Below are positions 36,443-47,900 of a DNA stretch of 64,000 bases, one piece after another; the first letter of the stretch is position 1, and every line of letters starts with the position of its first letter. The DNA comes from a bacterium (GTDB lineage: Bacteria > Electryoneota > JAOADG01). The notes beneath the pieces are model-generated. The model was not told where the DNA came from. It was given only the letters and a program-made list of their open reading frames with translations, and made no database searches. Location: the NCBI GenBank assembly GCA_963681965.1, contig OY820579.1, positions 3,392,001-3,456,000 on the forward strand, in the 5' to 3' direction. The position numbers were made by a program, and so were the translations under genes.

Positions 36443-37435
36443 ATGCATTCCGTGATAAAAAAAATCGGTTATCCCATTTATCTTGCCTCATTGCTTGCGC
36501 TCGCGTTCTGGGCAGCGCTCGCGATCCACTACTCGAATCTTCCGGAAGCGCTTAGACCTTGGTGTGCCGGTTTATTCTTGATCGGCAGTCTGATATTATT
36601 GATCGGAAAATTCAGCACGACGAAGACCCGCTTCGGTTTCTGTGCGGTATTTCTCCTGATCCTGATTTGGTGGCTGCAGATTCCGCCATCGAACAATCGT
36701 GATTGGAAACCGTGCGAAGTAAAGCTCCCGCACAGCGAACAACAGGGTTATCGGATTACAATCAACAATATCCGGAATTGCGATTACCGCACCGAAACCG
36801 ATTACACGGTTCACTATTATCCCAAAAGCTTCGAGTTATCGGAAGTAAAAAGCCTCGATTTATCGATTGTTCATTGGGGATCACCTTATATCGCCCATAC
36901 GATGCTCAGTTTCGGATTTTCCGATTCGACTTATCTCTGTTTTTCGATCGAAGCGCGGAAAGAGCAGAATGAGAGCTACTCGCCAATCAAAGGATTCTTT
37001 CGGCAGTACGAGCTGTTCTGTGTCGTCGGCGACGAACGCGATCTCATCGGATTGCGCACCAACTACCGGGGCGAGCAAGTTTTCCTCTATCGCTTGAATG
37101 CGACACCGGAATTTATTCAAAACGTTTTACTCGACTATCTCAGAGAACTGAATACGCTGGAAACGCATCCACGGTGGTATAACTCTCTCACCACCAACTG
37201 TACTACCGGCATTCGTACGCATACCGCGCCGTACAACCCTGACATCCTGATCGATTGGCGCATTGTCGTGAACGGTCTGAGTGATGAAATGCTTTATAAC
37301 ATGCACCGGATCGATACGACCCTCCCGTTCCCATTGTTACAACGGGTGAGTCTGGTAAACGACCGGGCAAAATGGTGGGATAAATCGCCAGACTTTTCCA
37401 ACCGGATCCGAGCCGGATTGCCGGGAATGAAATAA
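36443..37435 (+). CDS. DUF4105-domain membrane protein (Lnb-like N-terminal domain family)
   Basis: Three N-terminal TM segments; PSNNRDW, IAHTMLSFGF, SIEARKE, DERDLI and WYNSLTTNCTT motifs. Confidence 0.85.
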   Translation: MHSVIKKIGYPIYLASLLALAFWAALAIHYSNLPEALRPWCAGLFLIGSLILLIGKFSTTKTRFGFCAVFLLILIWWLQIPPSNNRDWKPCEVKLPHSEQQGYRITINNIRNCDYRTETDYTVHYYPKSFELSEVKSLDLSIVHWGSPYIAHTMLSFGFSDSTYLCFSIEARKEQNESYSPIKGFFRQYELFCVVGDERDLIGLRTNYRGEQVFLYRLNATPEFIQNVLLDYLRELNTLETHPRWYNSLTTNCTTGIRTHTAPYNPDILIDWRIVVNGLSDEMLYNMHRIDTTLPFPLLQRVSLVNDRAKWWDKSPDFSNRIRAGLPGMK

Positions 37436-37743
37436 ATCATCGGGAAGATTATTCGAATCAACCGGTAGATTTGAGCAACTAATTATTAATATTTTCCAAA
37501 ACAATCCCATTTAACTGAGCATATATTCTGTTATCTCAATTGCTTACCTATTCTTTCTAAAGATCACTGTGGTACTATTTTTTTCGATTAGATTGATGTG
37601 GTGTATTTTGCATCACTCCCTACTCCCTACCTCCACTCGTACTACTGTACACATTTGATCCAATCTCTTGCTCAGGTGTCCAAGTATTGGTATTTTGCGT
37701 CGATATAGAAGTATGTAGAAAGATGTAGGAAAAGGAGACACGA

Positions 37744-40296
37744 ATGATCAAGCAAACTCGCTGGAGTTACCTGTTAATTCTCCTTGCATTTGCAACGCTT
37801 TGCCACGCGGAAATCTTTCCCGGTGAAATGTTCGTCAAATTTCAAGGCGAGCCGCAGCAGTGGCTTTCGTTATCGCAGTTGCAGACCAACGATGCGCAGC
37901 TAAAACAACTTTTGTCCACTTGGAAAGTAGTATCTGCCGAACAGAATTTCCCCGAAGCATTTCCCCCGGAAAAAGTGGGTGGTGTCGAATTGCGTACCTG
38001 GTGGAAACTCCACCTTCCCGAATCGACCGATATCAATGCCGCCGTTGCAGCATTTAAATCGGCATCGGTCGTATTAGCGGCACAACCGAGCTTTGTCTTC
38101 AAGACTTTTTTCACGTACAATGACCGCAATTTCTCGCGTCAATATGGCATGTCTCGCGTCCATTCGAGTGGTGCTCACGACATTTATACCGGCAACGATT
38201 CGATCATTATCGCGATCGTCGATACCGGTATCGATTACAATCACCCCGACCTCTCCGCCAATATGTGGCACGATGCTCAAGGAAACCACGGACGCAATTT
38301 CTGCACCGACCAAGCGGCAACGAATCCGATGCCGACCGCCGGCGGCAGCCACGGTACTCACTGTGCCGGTATCGCCGATGCCTGCACGAACAATAGTCTC
38401 GGTGTTGCTTCGCTGGCGTATCGCGCAAAACTAATGGCAGTTCGGTGCGGACAGAGTACAACGATCAGCTATGGTTTCGAGGGCATCCAGTGGGCTGCGA
38501 ACAATGGTGCCGATGTTATCAGTTGTTCCTGGGGAAGTTCGCAATCCGATAGCCGCGAACAAGCGGTGATGGATTATGCCTGGAATTTGAATTGCGTCAT
38601 CATTTGTGCTGCCGGCAACGACGGCAATGATTCGTTGCACTATCCAGCAGCGTTGAATCACGTCGTCGCAGTTGCATCGTCCGATCAAAACGATCGTCGT
38701 TCTTCGTTCTCGTGCTACGGTAATTGGGTCGACGTTACCGCCCCCGGATCGAATATTTACTCTACCGTTCCGAATAGCAGCTATGAATATATGGACGGTA
38801 CTTCGATGGCGTGTCCATTTGCCGCCAGTCTCGCCGGGTTGATCAAAGGTAAGATGGGTCACGCTTCCCGCAATATCGATGTCGTCACAGTGTTGGAAGA
38901 GAGTTGCGATAATATCGATGCCACCAATCCCAACTATATCGGGCGTCTGGGTCACGGTCGCATCAATGCGCAATCGGCAATGCAGATGTTGAATTATCCG
39001 CAAATGGATCTGACCGATCATCTGGTCACGCGAACCGATGGCGAAGGACGCGTCACACCGGGCGATAGCGGTATGATCGTAGTATACCTGAGATCATTGC
39101 CGGGTTACGCCCCGTTCGATTCGTTCTGGGTCGATATTTCTACTACCGATCCCGCGATCCAAATGAATGAGATGTCGGTTCCCGGTCAGGAGTTGACTTC
39201 CGGTTCGAATTGGAACAACGAGCATCACCCGATTTATTTCAAAGCAACGACTACTTCCGTTCCGCACAACGTGCAATTTACCGTACAGGTCTTCGGAACC
39301 CCCGGCGACTTCAGTGCCGAATTCTATTTCAACACCTTCATCGGATGGCAGGAAGCATTGTTGGTCGACGACGACGGTAATACCGGTTATCACACGTACT
39401 ATGATACTGCAATGACCAATCTGGGGATCTCGCACGATGTCTTCAATACGGTAACACAAGGGTCGTTGCCACCTGAATATCTCTCGAATTTCCGGTGGGT
39501 CATTTGGGAAACCGGTAGCGCAACTTCGACGATCGATGTCTACGATCAAGGCGAAATCGAAGATTATATCCGCGCAGGCGGTCAGATGTTGCTCTCATCG
39601 CAGCGTCTACCCAGCGATCCGCAGACCACCGACTTCATGTCGAATGTCCTGCACTGCGGTGTTTCATTTGTCTACGATAGTACAATGTTGCCCGGACCGC
39701 AGCGAATTATAGCGTCCGGTGCGGGTCCATTCACTAGTGGCAATTTCTATTTGGTTGGTTCCGAAGGTGCCGGCAATGGGAATGTATCGCCGACTGTACT
39801 CGATCCCGAATTCCCCGGCGAAGTGATTTATACTTATAGCACTACCGGCGAAGCTTGCGGAATTGCCCGCACGATCGGATCGGGACGGCTGGTATTTTTC
39901 AGCGTTGCGTTGGAATCGATTTCGCGAACATCGCAGACTCCGGCGTTGCGAGCATTGATTACGAATTACCGCAATAGTTTCCTAAGTTCGACCGGTGTAG
40001 CGGAAGAAGCGAAATCCTTGGCGATACCCACCAGTTTCGCAGTAGGAAACGCGTTTCCCAATCCATTCAACTCAACTACTCACATTTCGCTTGCTTTACC
40101 CGTAACACAAGATATACATTTAGTCGTATACGATATTTCAGGAAGAGAAGTAATGAGTGAGAATTATCGCAATTTAACCGCGGGGAATCACCGGTTGTCG
40201 GTTTCGTTACCTATGGCAAGTAGCGGCGTCTACTTCGCTTCGGTTCGAACTACAGCCGGAACAACGATCACGCGCAAGTTGGTTTATTTGCGGTAG
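37744..40296 (+). CDS. Secreted S8 (subtilisin/thermitase-like) serine protease with T9SS/Por-type C-terminal domain
   Basis: Signal peptide; catalytic motifs AIVDTG, HGTHCAG and GTSMA; oxyanion AAGN; C-terminal FPNPFN..VYDISGREV..SSGVYF..RKLVYLR; SD AAGGAG. Confidence 0.95.
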   Translation: MIKQTRWSYLLILLAFATLCHAEIFPGEMFVKFQGEPQQWLSLSQLQTNDAQLKQLLSTWKVVSAEQNFPEAFPPEKVGGVELRTWWKLHLPESTDINAAVAAFKSASVVLAAQPSFVFKTFFTYNDRNFSRQYGMSRVHSSGAHDIYTGNDSIIIAIVDTGIDYNHPDLSANMWHDAQGNHGRNFCTDQAATNPMPTAGGSHGTHCAGIADACTNNSLGVASLAYRAKLMAVRCGQSTTISYGFEGIQWAANNGADVISCSWGSSQSDSREQAVMDYAWNLNCVIICAAGNDGNDSLHYPAALNHVVAVASSDQNDRRSSFSCYGNWVDVTAPGSNIYSTVPNSSYEYMDGTSMACPFAASLAGLIKGKMGHASRNIDVVTVLEESCDNIDATNPNYIGRLGHGRINAQSAMQMLNYPQMDLTDHLVTRTDGEGRVTPGDSGMIVVYLRSLPGYAPFDSFWVDISTTDPAIQMNEMSVPGQELTSGSNWNNEHHPIYFKATTTSVPHNVQFTVQVFGTPGDFSAEFYFNTFIGWQEALLVDDDGNTGYHTYYDTAMTNLGISHDVFNTVTQGSLPPEYLSNFRWVIWETGSATSTIDVYDQGEIEDYIRAGGQMLLSSQRLPSDPQTTDFMSNVLHCGVSFVYDSTMLPGPQRIIASGAGPFTSGNFYLVGSEGAGNGNVSPTVLDPEFPGEVIYTYSTTGEACGIARTIGSGRLVFFSVALESISRTSQTPALRALITNYRNSFLSSTGVAEEAKSLAIPTSFAVGNAFPNPFNSTTHISLALPVTQDIHLVVYDISGREVMSENYRNLTAGNHRLSVSLPMASSGVYFASVRTTAGTTITRKLVYLR

Positions 40297-40319
40297 CACC
40301 GGATTGTTTGAGTTTTTCG

Positions 40320-40350
40320 ACCGGGCTGCCCAGCGACAGCCCGGTTTTTT
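40320..40350 (+). terminator. Intrinsic terminator after the S8 protease gene
   Basis: ACCGGGCTG-CCCAGCGA-CAGCCCGGT followed by a T run. Confidence 0.8.
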
Positions 40351-40460
40351 ATGCATTTATGGTCGCAATTGACAGGCAAATTATCGGTACGCTACCGTTT
40401 GGAAAGTTTACGTATTATCTTATCGACTTGTGCTTCACATTAGTGAGAAAAGAGGATATC

Positions 40461-42383
40461 ATGGCAGTCATCGTACTACCAAATAAAGAAGAATTAAATA
40501 TTGCCGTGGGTCAACCCGTGGGAAATGCCTTGGAACAGGCTGGCGTTGCCGATGCGATCGGCATCAAAAGTGGTGCCGAATATTACGATTTACAAACCCC
40601 GCTCCGGTTCGAAGGGAGCGCCATTCCGGTGACTCTCCGCTCGAAGGAAGGGCTGGAAATGTTGCGACATACTGCCGCGCATGTTATGGCGCAAGCAGTT
40701 AGCCGGTTGTTCGACAACGTCGAATTCGCAATCGGTCCGGTAATCGACGACGGTTTCTATTACGATTTCGATCTCGATCATGTCTTCTCGCCGGAAGATT
40801 TCCCGAAGATTGAAGCGGAAATGAAAAAGATCATCGCCGAGAAATTCCCGGTGATCCGCAAGGAAATGTCACGTAGCGAAGCGCTGGAAATATTAGCGAA
40901 GCAAAAAGCGAAATTCAAGACTGAATTGGTCGAATCGCTGGATGCCGAAGTATTCAGTTTTTATTCGCAAGGCGAATTCACCGATTTGTGTCGCGGACCG
41001 CACCTCCCCAACACCGGTTTCATTCCCGCAGTAAAGCTGCTTAGCGTTGCCGGAGCATATTGGCGTGGCGATGAAAAACGCGAAATGCTGCAGCGATTGT
41101 ATGCCACCGCATTTTGGACCGAAGACGAATTGAACGAGCACATTCGCTTGCTGGAAGAAGCGAAGAAGCGCGACCACCGGAAATTGGGCAAGGATCTCGA
41201 TCTTTATTCATTCCACGGCGAAGGTCCCGGATTTCCCTTCTGGCATCCGAATGGAACTGTGCTGTACAATGAAGCAGTCGCGTTTTGGCGGCTCAAGCAT
41301 CGCGAATACGGATACGATGAAATCATGACCCCGATGATTCTGAGTGAACAACTCTGGCATCAATCGGGTCACTGGGATCATTACCGCGAGAATATGTACT
41401 TCACTCAAATTGACGAGAAGGATTATGCGGTGAAGCCGATGAATTGTCCCGGTGGCACTCTGGTGTACCGGTCGAATATGTGGAGTTATCGCGATTTACC
41501 ATCGCGCATGGCGGAATTGGGACACGTCCATCGTCACGAGAAATCGGGTGTCTTGGCGGGTCTGTTCCGAGTACGGTCGTTCACTCAGGACGATGCGCAC
41601 ATCTATTGCACCTACGACCAGTTGGAAGATGAAATTGCTTCGACCATGCAGTTGCTGCACGAATTGTATGCCGGTTTTGGGTTTGACGATTACGCAGTCG
41701 AACTATCGACTCGTCCGGCAAAATCGATCGGCAGCGACGAGATGTGGGAACGTGCCGAAGGGGCGTTGCGGAACGTACTCGACCGTCGCAAAGTCGATTA
41801 CAAATTGAATCCGGGTGATGGCGCATTCTACGGACCGAAGATCGACTTCCATATTCACGATGCATTGAAGCGTACTTGGCAGTGTGGTACTATTCAGGTC
41901 GATTTCTCGATGCCGGAACGGTTCGACATGGAGTATACCGGACCGGATGGCGCGAAACACCGACCGGTGATGATACATCGGGCGTTGCTCGGCAGTCTCG
42001 AACGGTTCATCGGTATTTTGATCGAGCACTACGGCGGTGCGTTCCCGACTTGGCTTGCGCCGGTTCAGGGTGTTGTCATTCCGATTTCCGAAGCGAAACA
42101 CGGCGATTATGCGCGTGAAGTGGTGAAGAAGATGAAAGCGGCAGGATTGCGGGTGAAACTCGATGCCCGCGAAGAGTCGCTCAACTACCGGATTCGCGAC
42201 AATCAAGCGAAGAAGATTCCGTATTTCTTCGTGGTCGGCGGTCGCGAAGCGGAAAATCAAGCGGTGGCGATTCGACGTCGCGACAAAGGCGATATCGGTG
42301 CACATCCAGTCGATAAAGTGATTGCTCAACTCTTGTTGGAAGTCGCTGAACGGCGGAATAGCCTGTCGCTCGATAAAGAATAA
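40461..42383 (+). CDS. thrS: Threonine--tRNA ligase
   Basis: RHTAAHVMAQAV, DLCRGPH, AGAYWRGD, RDHRKLG, KPMNCPG, FTQDDAH, GAFYGPKID, IHRALLGSLERFIGIL; ATG at 40461 with SD AGAGGA. Confidence 0.98.
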   Translation: MAVIVLPNKEELNIAVGQPVGNALEQAGVADAIGIKSGAEYYDLQTPLRFEGSAIPVTLRSKEGLEMLRHTAAHVMAQAVSRLFDNVEFAIGPVIDDGFYYDFDLDHVFSPEDFPKIEAEMKKIIAEKFPVIRKEMSRSEALEILAKQKAKFKTELVESLDAEVFSFYSQGEFTDLCRGPHLPNTGFIPAVKLLSVAGAYWRGDEKREMLQRLYATAFWTEDELNEHIRLLEEAKKRDHRKLGKDLDLYSFHGEGPGFPFWHPNGTVLYNEAVAFWRLKHREYGYDEIMTPMILSEQLWHQSGHWDHYRENMYFTQIDEKDYAVKPMNCPGGTLVYRSNMWSYRDLPSRMAELGHVHRHEKSGVLAGLFRVRSFTQDDAHIYCTYDQLEDEIASTMQLLHELYAGFGFDDYAVELSTRPAKSIGSDEMWERAEGALRNVLDRRKVDYKLNPGDGAFYGPKIDFHIHDALKRTWQCGTIQVDFSMPERFDMEYTGPDGAKHRPVMIHRALLGSLERFIGILIEHYGGAFPTWLAPVQGVVIPISEAKHGDYAREVVKKMKAAGLRVKLDAREESLNYRIRDNQAKKIPYFFVVGGREAENQAVAIRRRDKGDIGAHPVDKVIAQLLLEVAERRNSLSLDKE

Positions 42384-42405
42384 TTACATCTCCAATTCGA
42401 AGAAT

Positions 42406-42440
42406 GACGGCGAGCTGATGAAAGCTCGCCGTTTTGTTTT
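42406..42440 (+). terminator. Intrinsic terminator after thrS
   Basis: ACGGCGAGCT-GATGAA-AGCTCGCCGT followed by TTTGTTTT. Confidence 0.85.
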
Positions 42441-42554
42441 GATTTATTAAAATGTCTTACGATATTATAATACTAAATTATTATTGGTGAATTGTTTTAT
42501 TAAATCTCTTGATTAAAAGTTATCATAATTTGATCTCAGGTCTAGTCGATCAGC

Positions 42555-42597
42555 GGGCGGACACGGGGGTCCGCCCCTACTATTGATGACAACTCAC
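42555..42597 (-). repeat. GTAG-type REP-like palindrome with conserved flank, copy 1
   Basis: GGGCGGAC-ACGGGG-GTCCGCCC-CTAC-TATTGATGACAACTCAC; the minus strand reads GTAG followed by the hairpin. Confidence 0.75.
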
Positions 42598-42630
42598 TTC
42601 TGAGACCACGGAAATTTTGTGGGAGTAACT

Positions 42631-44802
42631 ATGCACCGACTGACTTCTGTTACAATTTTGATGATCGTACTTGCTCTCGCCACGACCGCACTGGCACAGG
42701 ACAGCAGCGGTGTTACCTGTGAAGCTTCACGGTTCTTGAATTGGGGACATACTGCCAATATCGCGGTACGCGGCAATTATGTCTATGCCAGTACCGGAGA
42801 AACTGGCTTACATATCGTCGATGTCAGCGATTCAACGAACCCGATCGAAACCGGATCCTGTATCACTCCCGGTTATACTTTGGGAATCGCGCTATCGGAG
42901 AACTACGCCTATGTCGCCGATTCCGCGAATGGATTTTCCGGTCTTCAAATCTTCGATATCAGCAATCCCGCAACACCATTTCAAGCAGGATTTGTTCCAC
43001 TCAGCACGGCGCCGATTTCAGTATTTATTGTAGATCATTATGTGTATATCGGCGAGAATTACGGTATCCGAATCCTTGATATTACTACTCCCACCGAGCC
43101 GATATTTGTTCGCATTTTATCGTCCGGATTGGTGTATGAATTTGCCCGGAGTGGAAATTCACTGCTGGTTGCGAGCAATGCGTTTCGAATTTACAACATC
43201 GCCGATCCGGCAAACCCGGTATTAACCGGATCGTTAGCCTACGATTGTCGCCATGTCACTGTTGATAGTAATTACGTCTATATTTCAGGTCCGACAAATT
43301 TTCGTGTGATCGACATCAGTAATCGATTCAACCCACAACAAATTGCGTATCGATATCAGTCTTACGATGCCGGGAATACGTCCATTGCGGATCACTACGC
43401 ATACATTGCCTCTAGCAATCGAATGATTATTTTCGACATCACGAATCCTCGCTCTCCCGTTCCGATCGATACTGTTGTGGCACCGTTGTACGCCTCGATA
43501 TCGAAAACCTTCGGCAATCGATTATATCTAACGAGCTGGACCGGTTTTTCAATTTTCAATATCGCAAATCCCGCTGCGCCGCAGTTAACAAGCGAATCGC
43601 CCGATCAGGGCTGGGATTTCGATGTCGTACAATCCGGGAATTATGCGTACCTCGCCGATGGTCGAAGTGGATTGCGTATATACGATGTCAGCAATCCAGC
43701 GCAACTGGTGCAAATCAGTCGATGTCTCATGCCCGGTTTTGCACGAAGCGTCACGCTCTCGGGACAGTATGCATACGTCTCGGCACGAAATGGCGGGATG
43801 CGAATCATCGATGTCAGCAACCCAGTTACTCCATTCGGAGTGGGAAATTTCACGGATTCAGGAATGACAAGGGGATATGGCATTGAAGCGATAGCGGTTT
43901 CGGGACGATATGCCTATCTAGCCGATCAAGATGTTTATTTTCCCGATTCGAGTCGCGGAATCAGAATTGTCGATATTGATACGCTTTCAGCTCCACATCA
44001 GGTCGGTAATTATCAACATGACAGTTTTCATCCGTTAGCAGTGAAGGTGGTTGGGAATTATGCCTATGTCAGTGATGGTATTGGGCTGGAAATTCTCGAT
44101 CTGACTAATCCAACAGCACCGACGTTAGTTAGTAGTTTTGTTACCAGTAATGCCTTTTATAGTACGCTCCATAACCTGACCATATCGGGACATTATGCGT
44201 ACTTGCCGAAAACGTCTTATGGCGTATGTATAGCCGATATCGCCGATCCCGCTACGCCATTGGAAGTAGGCACGATGAACACTCCGGACAACGAAGTGTA
44301 CAGTGTCGCTGTGTCCGGTAATTACGCATTCGTTACTTCGGGTTTATCGGGCTTGCGAATTTTCAACATCAGTAATCCGGCAGCGCCGATTGAAATCGGG
44401 TACTACAATACACCCGGTCGTGCCGTCGGTGTTTCGGTTTCCGGATCGCACGTGCTGGTTGCCGATTACAATTATCTCAGCAGTTACAATTGCGAGCAGG
44501 CGCTGGGCGTAGTCGATCGCGTGCCATCCGAATTGCCGCTGCAATTGACGTTGCGACAGAATTATCCCAATCCCTTTAATGCTTCGTCGACCCTTGAATA
44601 TACCCTCCCCAAAGCGGGGAAAGTGGAATTGAAGTTGTTCGATCCGATGGGTCGCGAAGTTGGAACACTGGTCGATTTTCAGCAATCGGCGGGAAGTTAT
44701 CGCGTGAAGTTGGATGGCAGCACATTATCCTCTGGAACCTATTTCTGCCGGTTGTCGTGCAACGGAAATAGTGCAATCAAAAAAATGGTGTTGTTGAAGT
44801 AA
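42631..44802 (+). CDS. Secreted LVIVD-repeat (beta-propeller) protein with T9SS/Por-type C-terminal domain
   Basis: Signal peptide ending ALA-Q; many GNYAYV/GLRI.D.SNPA.P repeats; C-terminal QNYPNPFN..LSSGTYF..KKMVLLK; SD GGGAG before the ATG at 42631. Confidence 0.92.
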   Translation: MHRLTSVTILMIVLALATTALAQDSSGVTCEASRFLNWGHTANIAVRGNYVYASTGETGLHIVDVSDSTNPIETGSCITPGYTLGIALSENYAYVADSANGFSGLQIFDISNPATPFQAGFVPLSTAPISVFIVDHYVYIGENYGIRILDITTPTEPIFVRILSSGLVYEFARSGNSLLVASNAFRIYNIADPANPVLTGSLAYDCRHVTVDSNYVYISGPTNFRVIDISNRFNPQQIAYRYQSYDAGNTSIADHYAYIASSNRMIIFDITNPRSPVPIDTVVAPLYASISKTFGNRLYLTSWTGFSIFNIANPAAPQLTSESPDQGWDFDVVQSGNYAYLADGRSGLRIYDVSNPAQLVQISRCLMPGFARSVTLSGQYAYVSARNGGMRIIDVSNPVTPFGVGNFTDSGMTRGYGIEAIAVSGRYAYLADQDVYFPDSSRGIRIVDIDTLSAPHQVGNYQHDSFHPLAVKVVGNYAYVSDGIGLEILDLTNPTAPTLVSSFVTSNAFYSTLHNLTISGHYAYLPKTSYGVCIADIADPATPLEVGTMNTPDNEVYSVAVSGNYAFVTSGLSGLRIFNISNPAAPIEIGYYNTPGRAVGVSVSGSHVLVADYNYLSSYNCEQALGVVDRVPSELPLQLTLRQNYPNPFNASSTLEYTLPKAGKVELKLFDPMGREVGTLVDFQQSAGSYRVKLDGSTLSSGTYFCRLSCNGNSAIKKMVLLK

Positions 44803-44865
44803 GTCTGGTGGAAATTAATCTCATCATCCATGATTAGATGCGATATCAGGCTTCGCCAGAACGAA

Positions 44866-44908
44866 AGGCGGGCGTGGGAGCCCGCCCCTACAATCGACGA
44901 CAACTCAC
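44866..44908 (-). repeat. GTAG-type REP-like palindrome with conserved flank, copy 2
   Basis: AGGCGGGC-GTGGGA-GCCCGCCC-CTAC-AATCGACGACAACTCAC; same orientation as copy 1. Confidence 0.75.
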
Positions 44909-44918
44909 GCTCACGAAC

Positions 44919-44950
44919 AAAAAAAAACGCCCGGAAGTATCCGGGCGTTT
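44919..44950 (-). terminator. Intrinsic terminator of giant protein B gene (possibly bidirectional)
   Basis: A9-CGCCCGGA-AGTA-TCCGGGCG-TTT. Confidence 0.85.
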
Positions 44951-44978
44951 GGTGGATATCAACAGTACATATTATAAA

Positions 44979-47900
44979 TTACTTACTGATCTTCATAACG
45001 CGATTCGGCAGAGCCGTCTGTCGCAATGCATCCGATGGCGCCATGTCATCGCTGCTATTGTCGGTGAATGCGCGCACCCGGTAAAATCGTTTCGGTGCCA
45101 GAATGACGGCATTAGTGTCGGTCCAACTGGTGTTGGCAGCACCGCTCAAACTGGTTCGCAGCAGCCAGGTACTCAAATAGGTATCGCACGAATAGACGCG
45201 ATAACCCGTCACAGTCATCAATCGTCCCGCCGTCGAACTATCGACCCGCGACCAAGTGAGCAGTGTATTCTGATTCGATACCGATACCGACAAGTTTCGC
45301 GGTACCGCCGGTGTATCGATTCCGGCAATGTGGAAAACAAGATTACTGGTATCGCCATCGGTCGCAAACCAATCTGAGAAGATCCGGAGTCGCGCATTGT
45401 TCGTCGTCGCGCCACTCACCGTCCAGACTTCGAGCGAATCGTTCGGTATCGATGCAAATAGCGTTTCCCACGTTCCGGAAGGATAGTTGCGATCCAGTTG
45501 AATCGTAACCGTTCCACCGAGAATCTTGCTGCTCCACCGAATGGTATCCTGATGTCCGAGGTAAAGAGTTTCACTGCCGTTCGGTCGAACAACCATCGGT
45601 TCCAAACCACCATTGGTCAATGCCCACTGCGACAAATGATTTAAGTTATTGAGGGTGAATTTGTACGAGTTTGTCGTACCGTTGTCTAGTGCAATTGTTC
45701 CACCCGATTGAAAGTGCCACGTCGTTCCGCCATCGTCGCTATAGACCGCATGAATGGCAGGCGACGAGGTGAGAGGATCGCCGATACCCGATGGTAAATT
45801 GCTCGTGGTAAACCGCAAGCCCAGCGAAGCATTGAGATACTGTTCTTGAGTCGGTGTAGTGATCCAACATCGGGTAATCGTTCGTTCCGGCGTCAATGCA
45901 TCGATGTTATACGGTGAATACGAGAGCTCGATACGATCCGGATTCGTGTACAATCCCGTTTGTGTCGGGAACGATAATTCCACTGGAGGAAGACTATTCG
46001 ATGCCAGATCGTAGGGTATCACCGGCGACCAAGCAATATGCGAATCGACGAGGAAGCTCGGATTGGACGACATCAGCGAGATCGACGACCACGGGTAATA
46101 CGACACACTGAACGGGAAGTCCGAGGTATCGCTGGTAGTCGTTTCAGTGACACCGCGAATCCGAATCTTCGCACTGATGGTCGGATTCCCGGTCGGCATC
46201 CAAACTAGCGTTCCACCGTTCGTCTGGTTAGCAGCCAGATTCTCCCAACTTCCGGTAATTGTTCGCCGCAAATCGATGGCGACATTTCCAGTCAAATTGA
46301 TGTTCGACCATTTGATTGTATCGGGCAAACCTAGATAGAATATTTCGCCATCATTCGGTCGAGTCACAGACACCGATGAATTCACGATCTTGAATGGCGC
46401 CGCCGACCAGTCTTCCAGCCCGTAGTAAGTATCGACAATATGGATATAGGCACTATCGGTCAGTGTTCCGGTTGGTGTCCAGACATAGTAACCACGCCGT
46501 GAGGGAATCGTATCGACTGCCGAGATGATTTCCTCGATACCGTTGATTCCGTTACGCAACAGGAAGAGCGAGACATTCCCGGTATAGGTCGCAACCCAGC
46601 GAATCGTGTCGGCACGATTCCGGATAAACGCTTCGCCGCCATTCGGTCTGGTCAAGGTGATCTGCCGGTCCTGAATGGAAAACGCCGCGTCGGACGTATC
46701 CGCTGCAGTCGCATACGATGCTGGAATGATTGCGATTCGCGCATTCGTCGTCGAGGTTCCCGACGGTGTCCAGAGATAGTAACCGCGACTTACCGGTACC
46801 GCAGTTGCCCCCGGAACCGTCAACCACGGCGGGTTTGGATAACTTCGGGTGTACTTGATCTGCACATTGCCGGTCACATCGCGCGAGGTCCATTTGATCG
46901 TATCTGCGACATTCAGCGTGAGTATTTCACCACTGTTCGGATAGCCGATCTTCACAGTGCGTTTGTAGATTTCGAAATTCGCGTCGGAAGTATCGCCGAC
47001 CGTTGGTGTGGTATACGACCGGATTCGAATTCGCGCATTCACCGTCTCCGTTCCGGCAATCGTCCACGCTTCCTTACCATCATTTGCCGTGTTGGAGAAG
47101 AGGGTTTCCCAAGTCGTCGAGGGATAATTGCGGTTGAGTTGAATCGACACATTCCCGGATAGCGTCGGCGCACTCCAGCGAATGGTATCGACTGCGCCAA
47201 CCCGGAACGCCTCCCCACCATTGGGATAGGTCACCGACACCACCGGCATTGCCCCGGAGGATCGAATAACGGTATTGGCATTGGACGTATCGCCATCGCT
47301 GGTATACAGTGTCGAAACGATCCGGAACCGTGCCGCCGATGTGATAGCACCGGACACCACCCAATTCTCGAGTGAATCGTTGGCAGTCGAAGTGATAATC
47401 GATTCCCAATTGCTCGATGGATAATTCCGATTCACTTGAATGGCGACATTCCCGCCGCGAATCGAATTTGTCCAGCGGAATGTAATCGTATTACCGATCA
47501 CGATCGTATCGTTGCCATTGGGATAGGTGAGTCGCGGCTGCAAACCGTCGTTCGTCAATGCCCACATCGACATGTGACTGATACCGGCTACTGAAAATTG
47601 GAAGGTAGTACCACCACTAGTACCCGATGCGAGATTGTCGACGGTACACGCACCACCGGGTTCGTAGATCCACGTCAAACCGTCATCATCGGAATATACT
47701 GCCATCAGTCCGGGATCGGCATTCACCGGATCAGCGATTCCGAAAGGTAAATCAGCAGTACTAAATCGCAGTGTCAAATCGACGGATTCAAATTGCTTCG
47801 ACGAAGGATCGATTGTCCAATACCGGTTAATCCGCTTCGCCAAATCGTCGGTATCGGACCGGCGATAGAATACGCGCACCGTATCGGGATTCGGGTGACC

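Noticed and set aside
40308-40460. N-terminal extension of ThrS in the ORF track
   Set aside because: It runs through the protease terminator. The SD and homology fit the ATG at 40461.
40351-40460. T-box or attenuator leader for thrS
   Set aside because: The leader is too short and has no T-box consensus.
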